Assembly (NCBI GenBank): GCA_947454495.1
Contig: CANGKD010000001.1
Location: forward strand, 1-52,047
Direction of reading: 5' to 3'
Source of the DNA: Actinomycetota bacterium
GTDB taxonomy: Bacteria > Actinomycetota > Actinomycetes > Actinomycetales > Microbacteriaceae
Length of the DNA: 52,047 nt
Shown here: positions 18,977 through 30,320 of the stretch, in pieces
How positions within the stretch are numbered: the first letter of the stretch is position 1
Layout of the letters: each line of letters starts with the position of its first letter
Made by a program: the position numbers and the translations under genes
Notes under the pieces: generated by a model
Databases searched by the model: none
The model's input: the letters and a program-made list of their open reading frames with translations, nothing else
What the model was told of the DNA's origin: nothing

Positions 18977-20379
18977 TGTCGTAGTGCACGGCTCGAAAGT
19001 GCGTCCACCACCTGGGGGATGATTCGGTAAACGTCGCCACAGCCGAGCGTGATAACGAAGTCACCCGGTTGCGCAATCTGAGCAATCCGCTCAGCTGCAT
19101 CGCCCCAGTCTGGCTCGTAAAAAACGTTGGCGGGGTTTTCAAACTTATCCGTGACGAGTCGCCCGGTCACACCCGGTACGGGATCTTCCCGTGCACCGTA
19201 AACGTCAAGACACACAGTGAGGTCTGCTCGGGTCTCCAGTATCTGAGCGAATTCTCCGCACATCAGTTGAGTTCGGCTATAGAGGTGAGGTTGCTGAACG
19301 GCGATGATGCGGCCGGCACCGACAACGGTGCGCGCCGCTGAGAGTACGGCATCCACCTCGGTGGGGTGATGAGCGTAATCGTCATAAACGCTGACCCCGT
19401 CGACGACCGCATGCAATTCGAATCTGCGTTCGGTTCCGGCAAACTTTTCCAACCCTCGAAGCACGACGTCTGGTTCACACCCCATGCTTGCGAGCACAGC
19501 GAAGACACCGGCTGCGTTGATTGCATTGTGGTGACCGGGAACAGACAGTCGTGCGTCGTACGTCACGCCGCGCCACGTCACACAGAATCGAACGAAACCG
19601 CCCTGAGATTCGATGGACGAAACACGAACATCCGCGTCGGCAACTTCGCCAAACGTGAGGACGTGTGAATGCGAAAGCCTGTCTCGGACCGACCGTGCTC
19701 CCGGATCATCCGCCGAGATGACAACGGTTTCTTTTGCGGCTGTCGCAAATTGAACGAAGGCGTCAATGAATTTGCCGTGAGAGCCGTAGTGGTCGAGATG
19801 GTCGGGATCAACGTTGGTAATCAGCGCAACGGAGGTGTCATAAATCAAGAACGAACCATCGGATTCATCGGCTTCAATGACAAACTCAGGCGACGTCCCT
19901 GACTCTGCACTGCGCCCAAAGCCGTGCACGACTCCCCCGTTGACGAAACCAGGATCGTGTCCGACGTGACGCAATGCGGTGACAAGCATGCCGGTCGACG
20001 TCGTCTTGCCGTGCGCGCCGGCCACCGAGACAACCCGCTTGCCACGGGTCAGCCATTCGAGAGCCTGCGAACGATGGAATACCGGGATGCCCCGCCGCAA
20101 CGCCTCCACATACTCGGGGTTGTCCAACCAGAGTGCACCCGTGACGACGAGCTGGTCGGCATCCGCGACGTGGTGTGCATCGTGGCCAATGTCGACCTGA
20201 ACGCCAAGCTCACGAAGCGTCATGGTGGCATTCGATTCGCGCGAATCTGATCCAGAAACACGAATTCCTGCCTCAACGAACATCCGCGCAATACCGCTCA
20301 TGCCCGACCCGCCGATTCCGACAAAATGGACGTGCCCCCAGTCGCGTGGAGCGGTCACACTCAGATCGGGCTTTATCAC
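18973..20379 (-). CDS. murC: UDP-N-acetylmuramate--L-alanine ligase
   Basis: [23 protein letters not shown] and Mur ligase middle and C domains. Confidence 0.96.
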   Translation of the reverse strand: MIKPDLSVTAPRDWGHVHFVGIGGSGMSGIARMFVEAGIRVSGSDSRESNATMTLRELGVQVDIGHDAHHVADADQLVVTGALWLDNPEYVEALRRGIPVFHRSQALEWLTRGKRVVSVAGAHGKTTSTGMLVTALRHVGHDPGFVNGGVVHGFGRSAESGTSPEFVIEADESDGSFLIYDTSVALITNVDPDHLDHYGSHGKFIDAFVQFATAAKETVVISADDPGARSVRDRLSHSHVLTFGEVADADVRVSSIESQGGFVRFCVTWRGVTYDARLSVPGHHNAINAAGVFAVLASMGCEPDVVLRGLEKFAGTERRFELHAVVDGVSVYDDYAHHPTEVDAVLSAARTVVGAGRIIAVQQPHLYSRTQLMCGEFAQILETRADLTVCLDVYGAREDPVPGVTGRLVTDKFENPANVFYEPDWGDAAERIAQIAQPGDFVITLGCGDVYRIIPQVVDALSSRALRQ

Positions 20380-20445
20380 GAGGGCAAAGAACTTTCGCGT
20401 GCGGGCCGCGTGACGCGGCGGCGGGTGGTGGCGTGCGACATGACT

Positions 20446-21573
20446 CTAACCCAGCGTGCGCGCCGACCGGGCCTCGGCGCGCGCCTCGCCAATGAGAGCG
20501 CACATTCGTTCCGCGCCGTCACGAATTCCACACGTGCTGGACAACCGCGCCATGTTGCGCAACCGCGTCGAGTCCTGAACGAGGGAAAGCACGTTGTACC
20601 GGACCCAGTCGGGAGTGAAGTCGGCGTCCGCGACGAGAACAGCTGCTCCGGCGTTCACGAGAGGAACTGCATTGAAACGCTGTTCGCCATTACCTACGGG
20701 ATACGGCACGAAGACCGCCGGAAGCCCAAGTGCGGCGATTTCGCAGACCGTGGATGCTCCCGCACGCGAGACAATCAGGTCAGCGCTTGCGAGAGCGTCC
20801 CGCATCCGATCACAGTATTCGAGAGCGACATAACTCGTATTTTTGAGCACGTCGTCAGGCGATTGACGTACAACAGAATCCATCATCGACTTCTGCCGAC
20901 CAGTCAGGTGAAGAATCTGAACGCCCGCGCGCTCGAAATCGGGCGCGATGGCGGCAATCGTCTCGTTGATTCGACGAGCACCCAAGGAACCGCCAGTCAC
21001 GACGACCACGGGCTTCGTGGGATCAAAGCCGAACGATTTCTTGGCGGCCTGTCGTTGTGAGTCGGTAACCGATTTTTCGAATTCGGCTCGCAGTGGCATG
21101 CCTACGAGTCGAGCATGGCGGAGAGGTGTGCCCTCGATGGCGACACCGACGAAACGAGTCCAGCGCGCACCCAGCCGGTTGGCGAGCCCCGGGCGCGCAT
21201 TCGCCTCGTGAATCACAAGAGGGACTTTGGCCGACCGCGCGGCCGAATACGCCGGAGCGGCCGCGTAGCCACCGACACCAATGACAACGTCAACTTTGCG
21301 TTCTCGAATGAGTGCGACAACGTCGCGAACGGCGCGATACCACCGTGGAACAAAGTTGACGGCGGCCCAGTTGGGTCGACGCGGAAATGGCACCTTGGCA
21401 ATGGTGAGCAACTCAAACCCGGCCTCCGGGACGAGGCGTGCCTCCAATCCTTCTGCTGTTCCCAGCATGAGAATCTCGCAACTCGAATCATGCAGACGAA
21501 GCCGACGCGCGATCGCTAGCATCGGATTGACGTGGCCCGCCGTGCCACCACCCGCGAGGAGATAGACGGTCAC
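20446..21573 (-). CDS. murG: Undecaprenyldiphospho-muramoylpentapeptide beta-N-acetylglucosaminyltransferase
   Basis: GGGTAGHVNP plus the glycosyltransferase 28 N and C domains. Confidence 0.96.
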   Translation of the reverse strand: MTVYLLAGGGTAGHVNPMLAIARRLRLHDSSCEILMLGTAEGLEARLVPEAGFELLTIAKVPFPRRPNWAAVNFVPRWYRAVRDVVALIRERKVDVVIGVGGYAAAPAYSAARSAKVPLVIHEANARPGLANRLGARWTRFVGVAIEGTPLRHARLVGMPLRAEFEKSVTDSQRQAAKKSFGFDPTKPVVVVTGGSLGARRINETIAAIAPDFERAGVQILHLTGRQKSMMDSVVRQSPDDVLKNTSYVALEYCDRMRDALASADLIVSRAGASTVCEIAALGLPAVFVPYPVGNGEQRFNAVPLVNAGAAVLVADADFTPDWVRYNVLSLVQDSTRLRNMARLSSTCGIRDGAERMCALIGEARAEARSARTLG

Positions 21574-22895
21574 GAGCGTGAGCCCCGCGCTGCAGATCGC
21601 GCAGGGGTGCGTGATTGCGTTCGAGAGGGTTGGCGCATCACCGCAGTGCGGGCCGGGACACGATTCATGGCCCGACGCGCGTCGCGCTCAGCGCGCGCAA
21701 ATGACAAGACGACTCCCACGGCCACAAGATTGGAAAGCAGCGCCGTTCCTCCGGAAGAAAGGAACGGCAACGGAACACCGAGAACCGGGAGGATTCCGAC
21801 AACAACTCCGATATTGATGGCAGCTTGGCCGATGATCCAAAACATGATTCCGCCCGTAATGATGCGAATCATGCGGTTGTCGGTATCACGAATAATTCGA
21901 AGGAAGAGAACGGTCAAGAAAATGAACAGCGCGATGACGACAATGCAACCAATGAGTCCCAACTCTTCACCGATGATGGCAAATATGTAGTCGTTGTCGG
22001 CGGCAGGTAACCATGACCACTTTGACTTTGAGTTGCCCAACCCAACACCGAAGATGCCCCCGTTTGCCATGGCCCACAAGCCGTGAAGCGGTTGCCAACA
22101 TGTGTTGGAGTAGTCCGTGCATCCGTCGACCGACAGAAACGACATGATTCGATTCATCCGGTTCGGACTCGTCCATGCCATGAACACGACGCCACTGACG
22201 CCGATGATGGCGGGTATTGCGAGGATGCGCCACGGAAGGCCGGCAAACATGAGACAACCCATCACGATAATGGCCATGATGATGACGGTTCCCAGGTCGG
22301 ACCCCAACAACACGAGTCCCATCAGTCCCGCCGCGGGCAATGCGGGAAGCAGCACCTGCCACGTTCGCGAGCCCACTCGATCAATCGCAATCGGGATAGC
22401 GACACCAAGCCATACCGCGATAACGAGCTTGATGGCCTCCGACGGTTGAGCCGTAAACGAACCGATTGCAATCCAGTTTCGGTTTCCACCGGTTTCGATA
22501 CCAATGGGGCTAAACACGAGAAGCTGAAGAGCAACACCAATACCGAGAAGTCGCTTTGCCCACGTCGGCCAGAAAACGAGTGGGAGCTTCGCGATGATGA
22601 GCATGAGCGGAATGCCTACGACGGCGAATCCAGCCTGCCGAAGAAACCCGCCGAAGAATCCTTGATCCGAAAGGAACGAATCGATGGAGGACGCGGAGAA
22701 GACAACTATGAGCCCAATGATGACAAGGAAAACGACCGTGCCCAGCAGCAAGTAGAAGTTCGAATTCTCCGATTGCAGCACGTTGCTCAGAACGATTCGT
22801 GCCGATGAGCCGCGTTCTGTCTGCGGTACGGGTCGAAGAGGTGGAGTCGGTGCCGACCGAGGATTTCTGCGCGGGAGCTGAGGAGCCGTCGTCAT
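21570..22895 (-). CDS. ftsW: SEDS-family peptidoglycan glycosyltransferase FtsW
   Basis: About 10 TM segments, DNDYIFAIIGEELG, PLPFLSSGGT. Confidence 0.95.
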   Translation of the reverse strand: MTTAPQLPRRNPRSAPTPPLRPVPQTERGSSARIVLSNVLQSENSNFYLLLGTVVFLVIIGLIVVFSASSIDSFLSDQGFFGGFLRQAGFAVVGIPLMLIIAKLPLVFWPTWAKRLLGIGVALQLLVFSPIGIETGGNRNWIAIGSFTAQPSEAIKLVIAVWLGVAIPIAIDRVGSRTWQVLLPALPAAGLMGLVLLGSDLGTVIIMAIIVMGCLMFAGLPWRILAIPAIIGVSGVVFMAWTSPNRMNRIMSFLSVDGCTDYSNTCWQPLHGLWAMANGGIFGVGLGNSKSKWSWLPAADNDYIFAIIGEELGLIGCIVVIALFIFLTVLFLRIIRDTDNRMIRIITGGIMFWIIGQAAINIGVVVGILPVLGVPLPFLSSGGTALLSNLVAVGVVLSFARAERDARRAMNRVPARTAVMRQPSRTQSRTPARSAARGSRS

Positions 22896-22915
22896 GTTCC
22901 GGACTCCTCTCTCAC

Positions 22916-24385
22916 CTAGTGGCCGACGTGGGCGCGAACCGCTTCGGCAAACAGACGCCCCCGTTGGGCGTAATCGGTGAACTGGTCCATCGACGCCGCC
23001 GCTGGGGCGAGCAACACCACGTCTCCGTGGGCCACGAATGAGGACGACGCACGCACCGCCTCAAACATGACCTGTTCAGTTTCGCTGGTGAGCACCTCCA
23101 CGACGGGGAGGTGTGGCGCGTGTTGCGCGAAAGCTCTCAGCACCTCTGAACGCTCGACACCGATTACCACTGCCGCTTTAATTCGCTTCGCATGACGTTG
23201 GACAAGTTCGTCGATTGCAACGCCTTTGAGTAAACCGCCGACAATCCACACAATGGAGTCATTCGCAGAGAGTGACGCATTTGCCGCATGGGGATTTGTG
23301 GCTTTCGAGTCATCTATCCATGTCACCCCATCGACCATGGCAACGGTCTCGTATCGATGTGCATCCACACGAAACGTAGTCAACGCCTCAGAAATGGCAT
23401 CGATGGATGCTCCTGCGCTTCGAGCAACGGCCGCGGCTGCGAGTACGTTCGCGACCATATGAGGAGCGTGAAGCCCATTTTGACGAAGTTCAGTCACGGT
23501 CGAGATTTCGAGCGCCTCGGCGTGACGATTGTCCAGGAATGCCCGATCCAACAGAATCCCGTCGACGACGCCGAAGTCTGACGGACCTGGTGAATCTAAA
23601 CCAAAACTAATCGCCCGTGCCCCCTGCGTCACCTCGGCGTCCTCGACCATTTTCAGCGTGCGCTCGTCGGCTCGGTTGTATACACAGGCGACTTTCGTGC
23701 GCTCATAAACCTTGGCCTTGGCCGCGACGTACGCGTCGAATCCGCCGTGCCAATCCAAGTGGTCCGGCGACACGTTCAGACAGACACTCGTCAGGGGAAC
23801 GACGTGGCGGAGCCAGTGGAGTTGATAGCTCGAAATCTCAACCACAAAAAAATCAAATCCGCGCGGATCTCGTACTGCGTCAAGGACGGGAATCCCAATG
23901 TTTCCGCACGGGGCGACGCGTGCCCCACTGTGCAGGAGCATGTGCGACGCGAGCTGCGTTGTCGTTGTCTTGCCGTTCGTGCCCGTGACGAGAATCCATT
24001 CCGCCGGAGTTCCCACCTTGTCTCGAACTCGCCATGCCAATTCGACATCTCCCCAGATGGAGATGTCTCGGTCAGCGGCCCATCGAACAAGTGGGTGGTT
24101 CGGGTGGTACCCCGGTGACACAACGACGAGCTCCGGATTGAAAGTCACAAGTTCCGGCGGTACGTCGTCCGTATTTTGACTCAGAACCACCGTGATCCCG
24201 AGCACCCCGCACATGTCACGCCGAGTCTGATCGGCGGTCGCCGCAATCACCATGACTACGGCACCCAATTCTGCGAGCGTGTCGGCGACGGAAAACCCGG
24301 TAACTCCGAGTCCGAGAACAGCGACACGCAAGCCTGACCAGTCCGCATGCCAGCTGTGAAGTGATTCACATCGTGGTGTCGTCAT
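22916..24385 (-). CDS. murD: UDP-N-acetylmuramoylalanine--D-glutamate ligase
   Basis: VLGLGVTG, GTNGKTTTT, DDSKATNPHA. Confidence 0.95.
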   Translation of the reverse strand: MTTPRCESLHSWHADWSGLRVAVLGLGVTGFSVADTLAELGAVVMVIAATADQTRRDMCGVLGITVVLSQNTDDVPPELVTFNPELVVVSPGYHPNHPLVRWAADRDISIWGDVELAWRVRDKVGTPAEWILVTGTNGKTTTTQLASHMLLHSGARVAPCGNIGIPVLDAVRDPRGFDFFVVEISSYQLHWLRHVVPLTSVCLNVSPDHLDWHGGFDAYVAAKAKVYERTKVACVYNRADERTLKMVEDAEVTQGARAISFGLDSPGPSDFGVVDGILLDRAFLDNRHAEALEISTVTELRQNGLHAPHMVANVLAAAAVARSAGASIDAISEALTTFRVDAHRYETVAMVDGVTWIDDSKATNPHAANASLSANDSIVWIVGGLLKGVAIDELVQRHAKRIKAAVVIGVERSEVLRAFAQHAPHLPVVEVLTSETEQVMFEAVRASSSFVAHGDVVLLAPAAASMDQFTDYAQRGRLFAEAVRAHVGH

Positions 24386-24391
24386 GCTGAC

Positions 24392-25486
24392 TTACCGCGA
24401 GAGCCACTCGAGGTAGAACGTTCCGACACCGGCCGCAACGCACAGGCCGGCAATAATCCAGAACCGAACGACCACCGTGACCTCCGCCCATCCTTTGACT
24501 TCAAAGTGATGGTGGATGGGGCTCATGAGAAAAACGCGCTTGCCACCGGACAGCTTGAAGTAGCCACGTTGAATCAAGACTGAGGCGGTGTCAAAAACGA
24601 ATAGTCCGCCAATGAGCAGCAGAAGCAATTCGGTCTGACTCAATATGGCCAGAGCTGCTAATGCTCCACCCAGCGCCATCGAACCCGTGTCACCCATGAA
24701 GATTTGGGCCGGAGACGTATTCCACCAAAGGAACCCGATGAGTGCGCCAACGATGGTGGCCGAAATGATGGCTAAGTCAATAGGGTCCCGCACCTCGTAG
24801 CACTTGTAGAGGACATCCGTGTCAATCGTCTTGCTGAAGCACGACTGGTTGAACTGCCAGAAGTTAATGATGACGAATGCGCCGATGGCGAAGATTGATG
24901 AGCCCGACGCCAGACCATCGAGTCCGTCGGCCAAGTTCACGGCATTGGTCGTCGCGGTCACGATGAGGATGATCCACACGCAGAAAAGAACAATTCCGAG
25001 GACTTTTCCGAGTGCCATGAAGTCGAGTCCGGTGTCCCGAACAATCGAAACGTGCGTGGACGCAGGCGTCAGACCGTTATTGTCCGGGAAGTTAATGGAC
25101 AAAATGGCGAACGCTGTCGCAATAACTACCTGGCCGACGATTTTCCACCAACCATTGAGGCCGAGACTGCGCTGCTTGTGGGTCTTGATGAAGTCATCGA
25201 TGAATCCAACGGTTCCGAGACCGACCATAAGGAAGAGCACCAGGAGGGGGGACAAGGCGATCGAAGAATCTGTGATCCAGCTGGCCAGAAAGAACCCGAC
25301 GACGACGGCGAGGACGATGACGATGCCGCCCATCGTGGGGGTGCCCTTTTTCCAGTGGTGGTCGTTCGCCTCGTCATCGCGAATGAACTGACCCCACCCG
25401 ATTTTGCGAAAAAGTCGCACAAAGACGGGCGTAAAGAAGAGGCTGAACACGAGGGATATACCTCCGGCAAGAAGCAGCGTGCTCAC
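24392..25486 (-). CDS. mraY: Phospho-N-acetylmuramoyl-pentapeptide transferase
   Basis: [27 protein letters not shown]. Confidence 0.97.
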   Translation of the reverse strand: MSTLLLAGGISLVFSLFFTPVFVRLFRKIGWGQFIRDDEANDHHWKKGTPTMGGIVIVLAVVVGFFLASWITDSSIALSPLLVLFLMVGLGTVGFIDDFIKTHKQRSLGLNGWWKIVGQVVIATAFAILSINFPDNNGLTPASTHVSIVRDTGLDFMALGKVLGIVLFCVWIILIVTATTNAVNLADGLDGLASGSSIFAIGAFVIINFWQFNQSCFSKTIDTDVLYKCYEVRDPIDLAIISATIVGALIGFLWWNTSPAQIFMGDTGSMALGGALAALAILSQTELLLLLIGGLFVFDTASVLIQRGYFKLSGGKRVFLMSPIHHHFEVKGWAEVTVVVRFWIIAGLCVAAGVGTFYLEWLSR

Positions 25487-26886
25487 GCGTAGGTCTCTCC
25501 CAATCGATCGCCAAGTAACCGCAGATTTGCCGAGTTCGAGGACTTCACAAGAATCACGTCGTTGGAGCGGACGTGGTCGACGAGATAATCGTATGCCTCA
25601 TCGGAGGTCGAGAAGAACACAGATTCACCATCCCACGAACCCTCGTTGATTGAGGAGATGTGGAGCCGTCGCGCCTCGTCACCGACGACGACCAAAAGAT
25701 CGATGTTGAGCCGAACGATGAGCAAGGCGATTCGATCATGCTCCTCACCGGATTGATCGCCTAGCTCTGCCATGGCGCCGAGCACGGCGATACGACGCGC
25801 ACCCGCAGGGGTGACATGAACGAGCGTTTTGAGCGCCGCAGCCATCGAGTCCGGACTTGCGTTGTACGCGTCGTTAATGACAGTGACCTGGGGGCCGGCA
25901 AAGACTTGCATGCGCCATCGTTCCGCCAACGTGATTTTTTCTAGGGAATCGACCATGTCAGAAAGCGCAAAACCGAGTTCCTGGCCGACCGCCACGGCCG
26001 CAAGCGCGTTCATCACGTGGTGCTCACCGAGCACTCGGAACCGAACTGAGGCGTTCTCACCGGATGCCACAATCTCAAAAGACGTGCCCGAAAGGTCCGA
26101 TTCGACGTTGTGCGCGTATACATCCGAACCGTGCGTGCGACCGAACCACACGATTCTTCCTGGAGCGAGACTGGCCATGGATACAACGCGCGGGTCATCA
26201 TGATTCAAAACGGCGACACCATTCGGGAGCAGCCCTCGGACAATCTCGGATTTGGCGATGACGGTGTTTTCGATTCCGCCAAACTCACCCGCATGGGCCA
26301 AACCAATCATGAGAACGACCGCGATATCGAGCGGCGCTAAGCGCGTCAGGCGCTCGATGTGACCAATGCCACTTGCGCCGAGTTCGAGGACGAGAAATTT
26401 CGTGTCATGCGTCAACTTGAGCATCGTCAGCGGTGCACCGACTTCGTTGTTGAACGACGCCTTCGGCCAGACGGTGTTTCCGTGCTCGGCACACATGGCA
26501 GCGACGAGATTCTTTGTCGTTGTCTTTCCGTTCGACCCCGTGATGCCCACAATCTTCAGCCGACCATGTGCGCGTACCCGCGAAACCACCTCACGCGCGA
26601 GGTCGGCAAGGGCATCCACCGTGTCCGGCACGACAAGTTGCGGAACAGGTGCATCCACAGGGTGATTCACGACAACCAAAGCGGCACCATTCTCGACCGC
26701 GTCGGCGACAAAGTTGTGACCGTCCGTGAACTCTCCCGGCTTCGCAAAAAAGACGTCACCAGGTGAAATCAATCGCGAGTCCGTATCAGAGTTGCCCGCA
26801 ATGACAAGATCATCGGTCACCGACGTGGGCAAGACGAGTTCACCAGAGACGGCCGACGCAATCTCCCGCAGGGTCATAGGAATCAT
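25483..26886 (-). CDS. murF: UDP-N-acetylmuramoyl-tripeptide--D-alanyl-D-alanine ligase
   Basis: [20 protein letters not shown] and the Mur ligase domains. Confidence 0.95.
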   Translation of the reverse strand: MIPMTLREIASAVSGELVLPTSVTDDLVIAGNSDTDSRLISPGDVFFAKPGEFTDGHNFVADAVENGAALVVVNHPVDAPVPQLVVPDTVDALADLAREVVSRVRAHGRLKIVGITGSNGKTTTKNLVAAMCAEHGNTVWPKASFNNEVGAPLTMLKLTHDTKFLVLELGASGIGHIERLTRLAPLDIAVVLMIGLAHAGEFGGIENTVIAKSEIVRGLLPNGVAVLNHDDPRVVSMASLAPGRIVWFGRTHGSDVYAHNVESDLSGTSFEIVASGENASVRFRVLGEHHVMNALAAVAVGQELGFALSDMVDSLEKITLAERWRMQVFAGPQVTVINDAYNASPDSMAAALKTLVHVTPAGARRIAVLGAMAELGDQSGEEHDRIALLIVRLNIDLLVVVGDEARRLHISSINEGSWDGESVFFSTSDEAYDYLVDHVRSNDVILVKSSNSANLRLLGDRLGETYA

Positions 26887-28424
26887 TCAACTTCTCCCGT
26901 CGGGTAACCGGCCTCGCTCAGGGCCGCACGAACTTCTTCACGTGCATTGAAGGAAACTTTCCGTCCCGCAATTTCGCGATAGTTCTCGTGTCCCGGACCT
27001 GCGTAGAAAACCACGTCGCCGGTTTTTGCCAGCGCGACGGCAGCCCGCACGGCCCTCGCCGGATCCGAAACTTCACGAATGTCGCCCTCCGGACGTGCGC
27101 TTCGAGCGCCCGCGAGAAGCGCGGCTCTGATGAGTGCCGGATCCTCGGAACGCGGGTGGTAGTCCGTGACGATGACCGTGTCCGCCAGACGAGCCGCGAT
27201 TGCACCAAGTTCCGGACGCTTGAGCGTGTCTCGGTCACCGTCTGCACCAAACACCATAATGATCCGACCAGGAGTGACTCGCCGCAGGGCCTCAAGACAG
27301 AGCCGAAATGCCTCGGGAGTGTGCCCGTAGTCAACGACGGCAACTGGGCCGACGGGCCCCGAGACGACTTCGAGTCGTCCGGGGACGAATACGGGAATGC
27401 CGTCGTCGCCCCCAACAACACGTGTGACCTCGTCCACGTCGAGGCCGGCAGAAATTGCCATAACAATGGCAAGTGCCGCGTTGACGGCCATGAAACTGCC
27501 TAAAAGCGGGATGTGACTATGGATTTCTACACCGTTACCCCGCACCACAAAGCTAGTTCGCTCGATGGATTCGGACGTGATCGTGACATGCCAATCTGCC
27601 TCACGCTCCGAGTGCGAAGTCAGAGTGACAAATGGGATCTGGGCGCTTGCGACAAGCCGTTGACCCCACTCGTCATCGACACAGATAACTCCCCTGGTTG
27701 CGATGTCGGGTGAAAAGAGGGAAGCCTTAGCAGCAAAATACTCTTCGAGTGACTCATAGTCATCGAGGTGGTCGTGGCTCAGGTTTGCAAAACACACCAC
27801 ATCAAAGTGAATGCCCGCGACCCGATGACGACTGAGTGCCTGCGCCGATACCTCGAGGGCGAGCGCACCCACGCCGAGTTCTTTCGCAACGCCGAGAAAG
27901 GCGTGCAATTCCGGAGCTTCAGGAGTCGTCAGCGAGCTGGTGATCTCACGCGAACCGATTCGTCGCGCGGCGGTCGTGCTCAGGGCGGTCGTAATGCCTG
28001 CTCGCTCAAGAAGAGTCGCCAACGCATACGTGATGCTGGTTTTCCCGTTCGTTCCCGTTATGCCAAACGTCAGGCGTGATGAGTCTGATGAAGCGAAGAC
28101 CAGAGCCGATATGGCGCCAAGGATTTCGCGCGGATGCTCAGTCACGATGAGGGGAATTGACGAATCCGCAATCATGCCGGCACCCGTCTCATCCGTCAGC
28201 ACGGCGACGGCACCGCACGCAATCGCCTCGGGAGCAAACAGAGCGCCGTGTTGTTTGGCGCCGGGCAATGCCACGAAGAGGTCACCCGGCACGACGCGCG
28301 AGCTTGCCAGTTCGACACCGGTTAAGCGAGTGTCTGCATTGCCGCGAACGAGATGGAGGTCATCGTGCGTCGCGAGCTCGCGAATCGTGATTCCGGGCGG
28401 ATGCAAAGGCCGAAGCGAGGTCAT
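26883..28424 (-). CDS. murE: UDP-N-acetylmuramoyl-L-alanyl-D-glutamate ligase for the third-position residue (MurE), with an atypical substrate motif
   Basis: GITGTNGKTS, DYGHTPEA, GADGDRD. DNPR is replaced by YHPR (TDYHPRSEDP, 27150-27164). ATG 28424 is preferred over GTG 28448. Confidence 0.94.
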   Translation of the reverse strand: MTSLRPLHPPGITIRELATHDDLHLVRGNADTRLTGVELASSRVVPGDLFVALPGAKQHGALFAPEAIACGAVAVLTDETGAGMIADSSIPLIVTEHPREILGAISALVFASSDSSRLTFGITGTNGKTSITYALATLLERAGITTALSTTAARRIGSREITSSLTTPEAPELHAFLGVAKELGVGALALEVSAQALSRHRVAGIHFDVVCFANLSHDHLDDYESLEEYFAAKASLFSPDIATRGVICVDDEWGQRLVASAQIPFVTLTSHSEREADWHVTITSESIERTSFVVRGNGVEIHSHIPLLGSFMAVNAALAIVMAISAGLDVDEVTRVVGGDDGIPVFVPGRLEVVSGPVGPVAVVDYGHTPEAFRLCLEALRRVTPGRIIMVFGADGDRDTLKRPELGAIAARLADTVIVTDYHPRSEDPALIRAALLAGARSARPEGDIREVSDPARAVRAAVALAKTGDVVFYAGPGHENYREIAGRKVSFNAREEVRAALSEAGYPTGEVE

Positions 28425-28536
28425 AGTCCCGCAGCGCTCCTTTTCCACCGAGTGAACAACCCCACCAGACTACCGCGGAGGCAATCGCGAGATGCGCCTC
28501 CGGATCGCATTTCGTGAACGACCCGACCTGACGGAA

Positions 28537-30303
28537 CTAGTAGGTCACCGGCCAGTAGGGAGAACCGGAGTTTGACGGCTCAATTCGGTATTGCTTGACA
28601 ACTTGCTCCATGAGGTCATGAATCACGGGCGCGACGGCAGAGGTGGAGTTCGCTGCCGGATTTGCAAGCGTGACGAGCACCACGTACTGAGGATCCTCAG
28701 CGGGTATGAGACCTGCAATCGACACAATAAAGCTCGACGAGTATGTTCCGTCTCCCGCGGACATCTCCGCAGTTCCCGTTTTTGCGGCAACTCGGTATCC
28801 GGGAATCGTCAGTTTTGGTCCGAGCCAACCATCGGTGACAACACCTTCGAGCATGCCGACAACTTCTTGCGCCGCGTTGGGCGAAACGACACGAACGGGT
28901 CCGGGCCTCTCAGGAGTCGAGACCGCCCCATCCTTCGATGTGCAATCTTCAACCAACTGAACGGGTAGTCGGACTCCCCCATTACCTATCGCTTGGTATG
29001 CCCCGGCCATTTGAACCGCCGTCGCGGCAAGTCCCTGGCCAAAGAACATGTTGTAGTACGTCTGGTTGTCCCATTGCTCGGGGTCGTACAAAATACCCGA
29101 CGATTCGCCGAGGAACCCTACCGCGGTCGGTTGACCGAGTCCGAAATTGGTCATGTACGAATAGCGCTGGTCCGGCGAGAGCCCTTCACCGAAAAGACTC
29201 ATTCCCACGTTGCTCGATTCAACGAGCACTCCTTGGAGAGTCAAATTTGCGGCGTGACCCGAGCTGTCTTTCACCCTCGCTCCGTTGGCAAATTCCATGA
29301 GGCTCGGAGCTTGGACTGGAGAAGAATGATCGGCGAGACCCGCGTCGACAACCATAGCCGCGGTCAACGACTTCATCGTGGAGCCAGGTTCGTACGGCGC
29401 AGCAAATGCGTAGGAACCACGAAATTGCTCGGGCGTCGCATCGACATTGTTTGGATCAACCGACGGGTAGTCGGCTACTGCTCGAAGCTTGCCCGTTTTG
29501 ACTTCGAGCACGACGGCGATTCCGAAGGTCGCGCCTTGAGCCTGCGCTTGGGTCGCCAGTGTTTGCTGGGCGTACCACTGAAGATCTGAATCGATCGTAA
29601 GACGAAGGTTTGAACCCTGCTTGGACTGAACCGACGTCACCGTACTTCCCGGGATTCGCACACCGTCGGCACCGCGTTCATACGTTTCTTCACCGTTCGT
29701 GCCAGCCAGACATTCATCCTCGGTGAGCTCCAGCCCACCAAGAGCCGTTCCATCTGAGCCCACGTATCCAATCAGATTGCCGGCAACGGAACCGTTGGGA
29801 TACGTACGACTGGGGGCTTGCTCAAAGTAGAGCCACGGGATGTCGAGTTCGTTGAGCGCGCGAAACGCCTCGACATCGACACTCTTGGCAACGTAGGCAA
29901 AATCAGCTTCAGGGTCCTCCGCGAGTGCGCTGGAAATGATGGAGAGAATGTCCTCTGACTTCTGCTTGGTGATGGCCGCGATTTCTGCCGCGGCCTGTGC
30001 CGTCGACACCTTGACGAGCGACGATCCCGAACCACGTTCAAAGTCCCGCGCATTACGGGGCGACATCGTTACGTCGTAACGCATCACGGCGTCGGCAAGC
30101 ACGACCCCGTTGACATCGGTGATGTCTCCACGGGGCGCGTAGACCGTGGCGGGAAGCGACATCTTTCCTGCGGACGCTTCGTTGTACTCCGCCGCGCGAA
30201 CAATTTGAATGTCGATGAGACGGATGACAACAATCGCGAAAAACGCCACCACGATAAGCATCGTGAGACTGACACGCAGTTTCGTTGTTCGTCGCATGCT
30301 CAC
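28537..30303 (-). CDS. ftsI: Class B penicillin-binding protein (FtsI/PBP-type transpeptidase)
   Basis: N-terminal TM and dimerisation domain, plus transpeptidase motifs STMK, SSN, KTGT. Confidence 0.93.
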   Translation of the reverse strand: MSMRRTTKLRVSLTMLIVVAFFAIVVIRLIDIQIVRAAEYNEASAGKMSLPATVYAPRGDITDVNGVVLADAVMRYDVTMSPRNARDFERGSGSSLVKVSTAQAAAEIAAITKQKSEDILSIISSALAEDPEADFAYVAKSVDVEAFRALNELDIPWLYFEQAPSRTYPNGSVAGNLIGYVGSDGTALGGLELTEDECLAGTNGEETYERGADGVRIPGSTVTSVQSKQGSNLRLTIDSDLQWYAQQTLATQAQAQGATFGIAVVLEVKTGKLRAVADYPSVDPNNVDATPEQFRGSYAFAAPYEPGSTMKSLTAAMVVDAGLADHSSPVQAPSLMEFANGARVKDSSGHAANLTLQGVLVESSNVGMSLFGEGLSPDQRYSYMTNFGLGQPTAVGFLGESSGILYDPEQWDNQTYYNMFFGQGLAATAVQMAGAYQAIGNGGVRLPVQLVEDCTSKDGAVSTPERPGPVRVVSPNAAQEVVGMLEGVVTDGWLGPKLTIPGYRVAAKTGTAEMSAGDGTYSSSFIVSIAGLIPAEDPQYVVLVTLANPAANSTSAVAPVIHDLMEQVVKQYRIEPSNSGSPYWPVTY

Positions 30304-30320
30304 GGTCGTCGGGTCGTCTC

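Noticed and set aside
20380-20445. murG and murC are in the same frame, separated by a single TAG and 66 nt containing a GCCGCG/CGCGGC hairpin. This raised the possibility of read-through or fusion.
   Set aside because: Sharing a frame has a one-in-three chance. No recoding signal was recognised, the GTG at 20379 gives a normal MurC N-terminus, and the in-frame spacer peptide is low-complexity.
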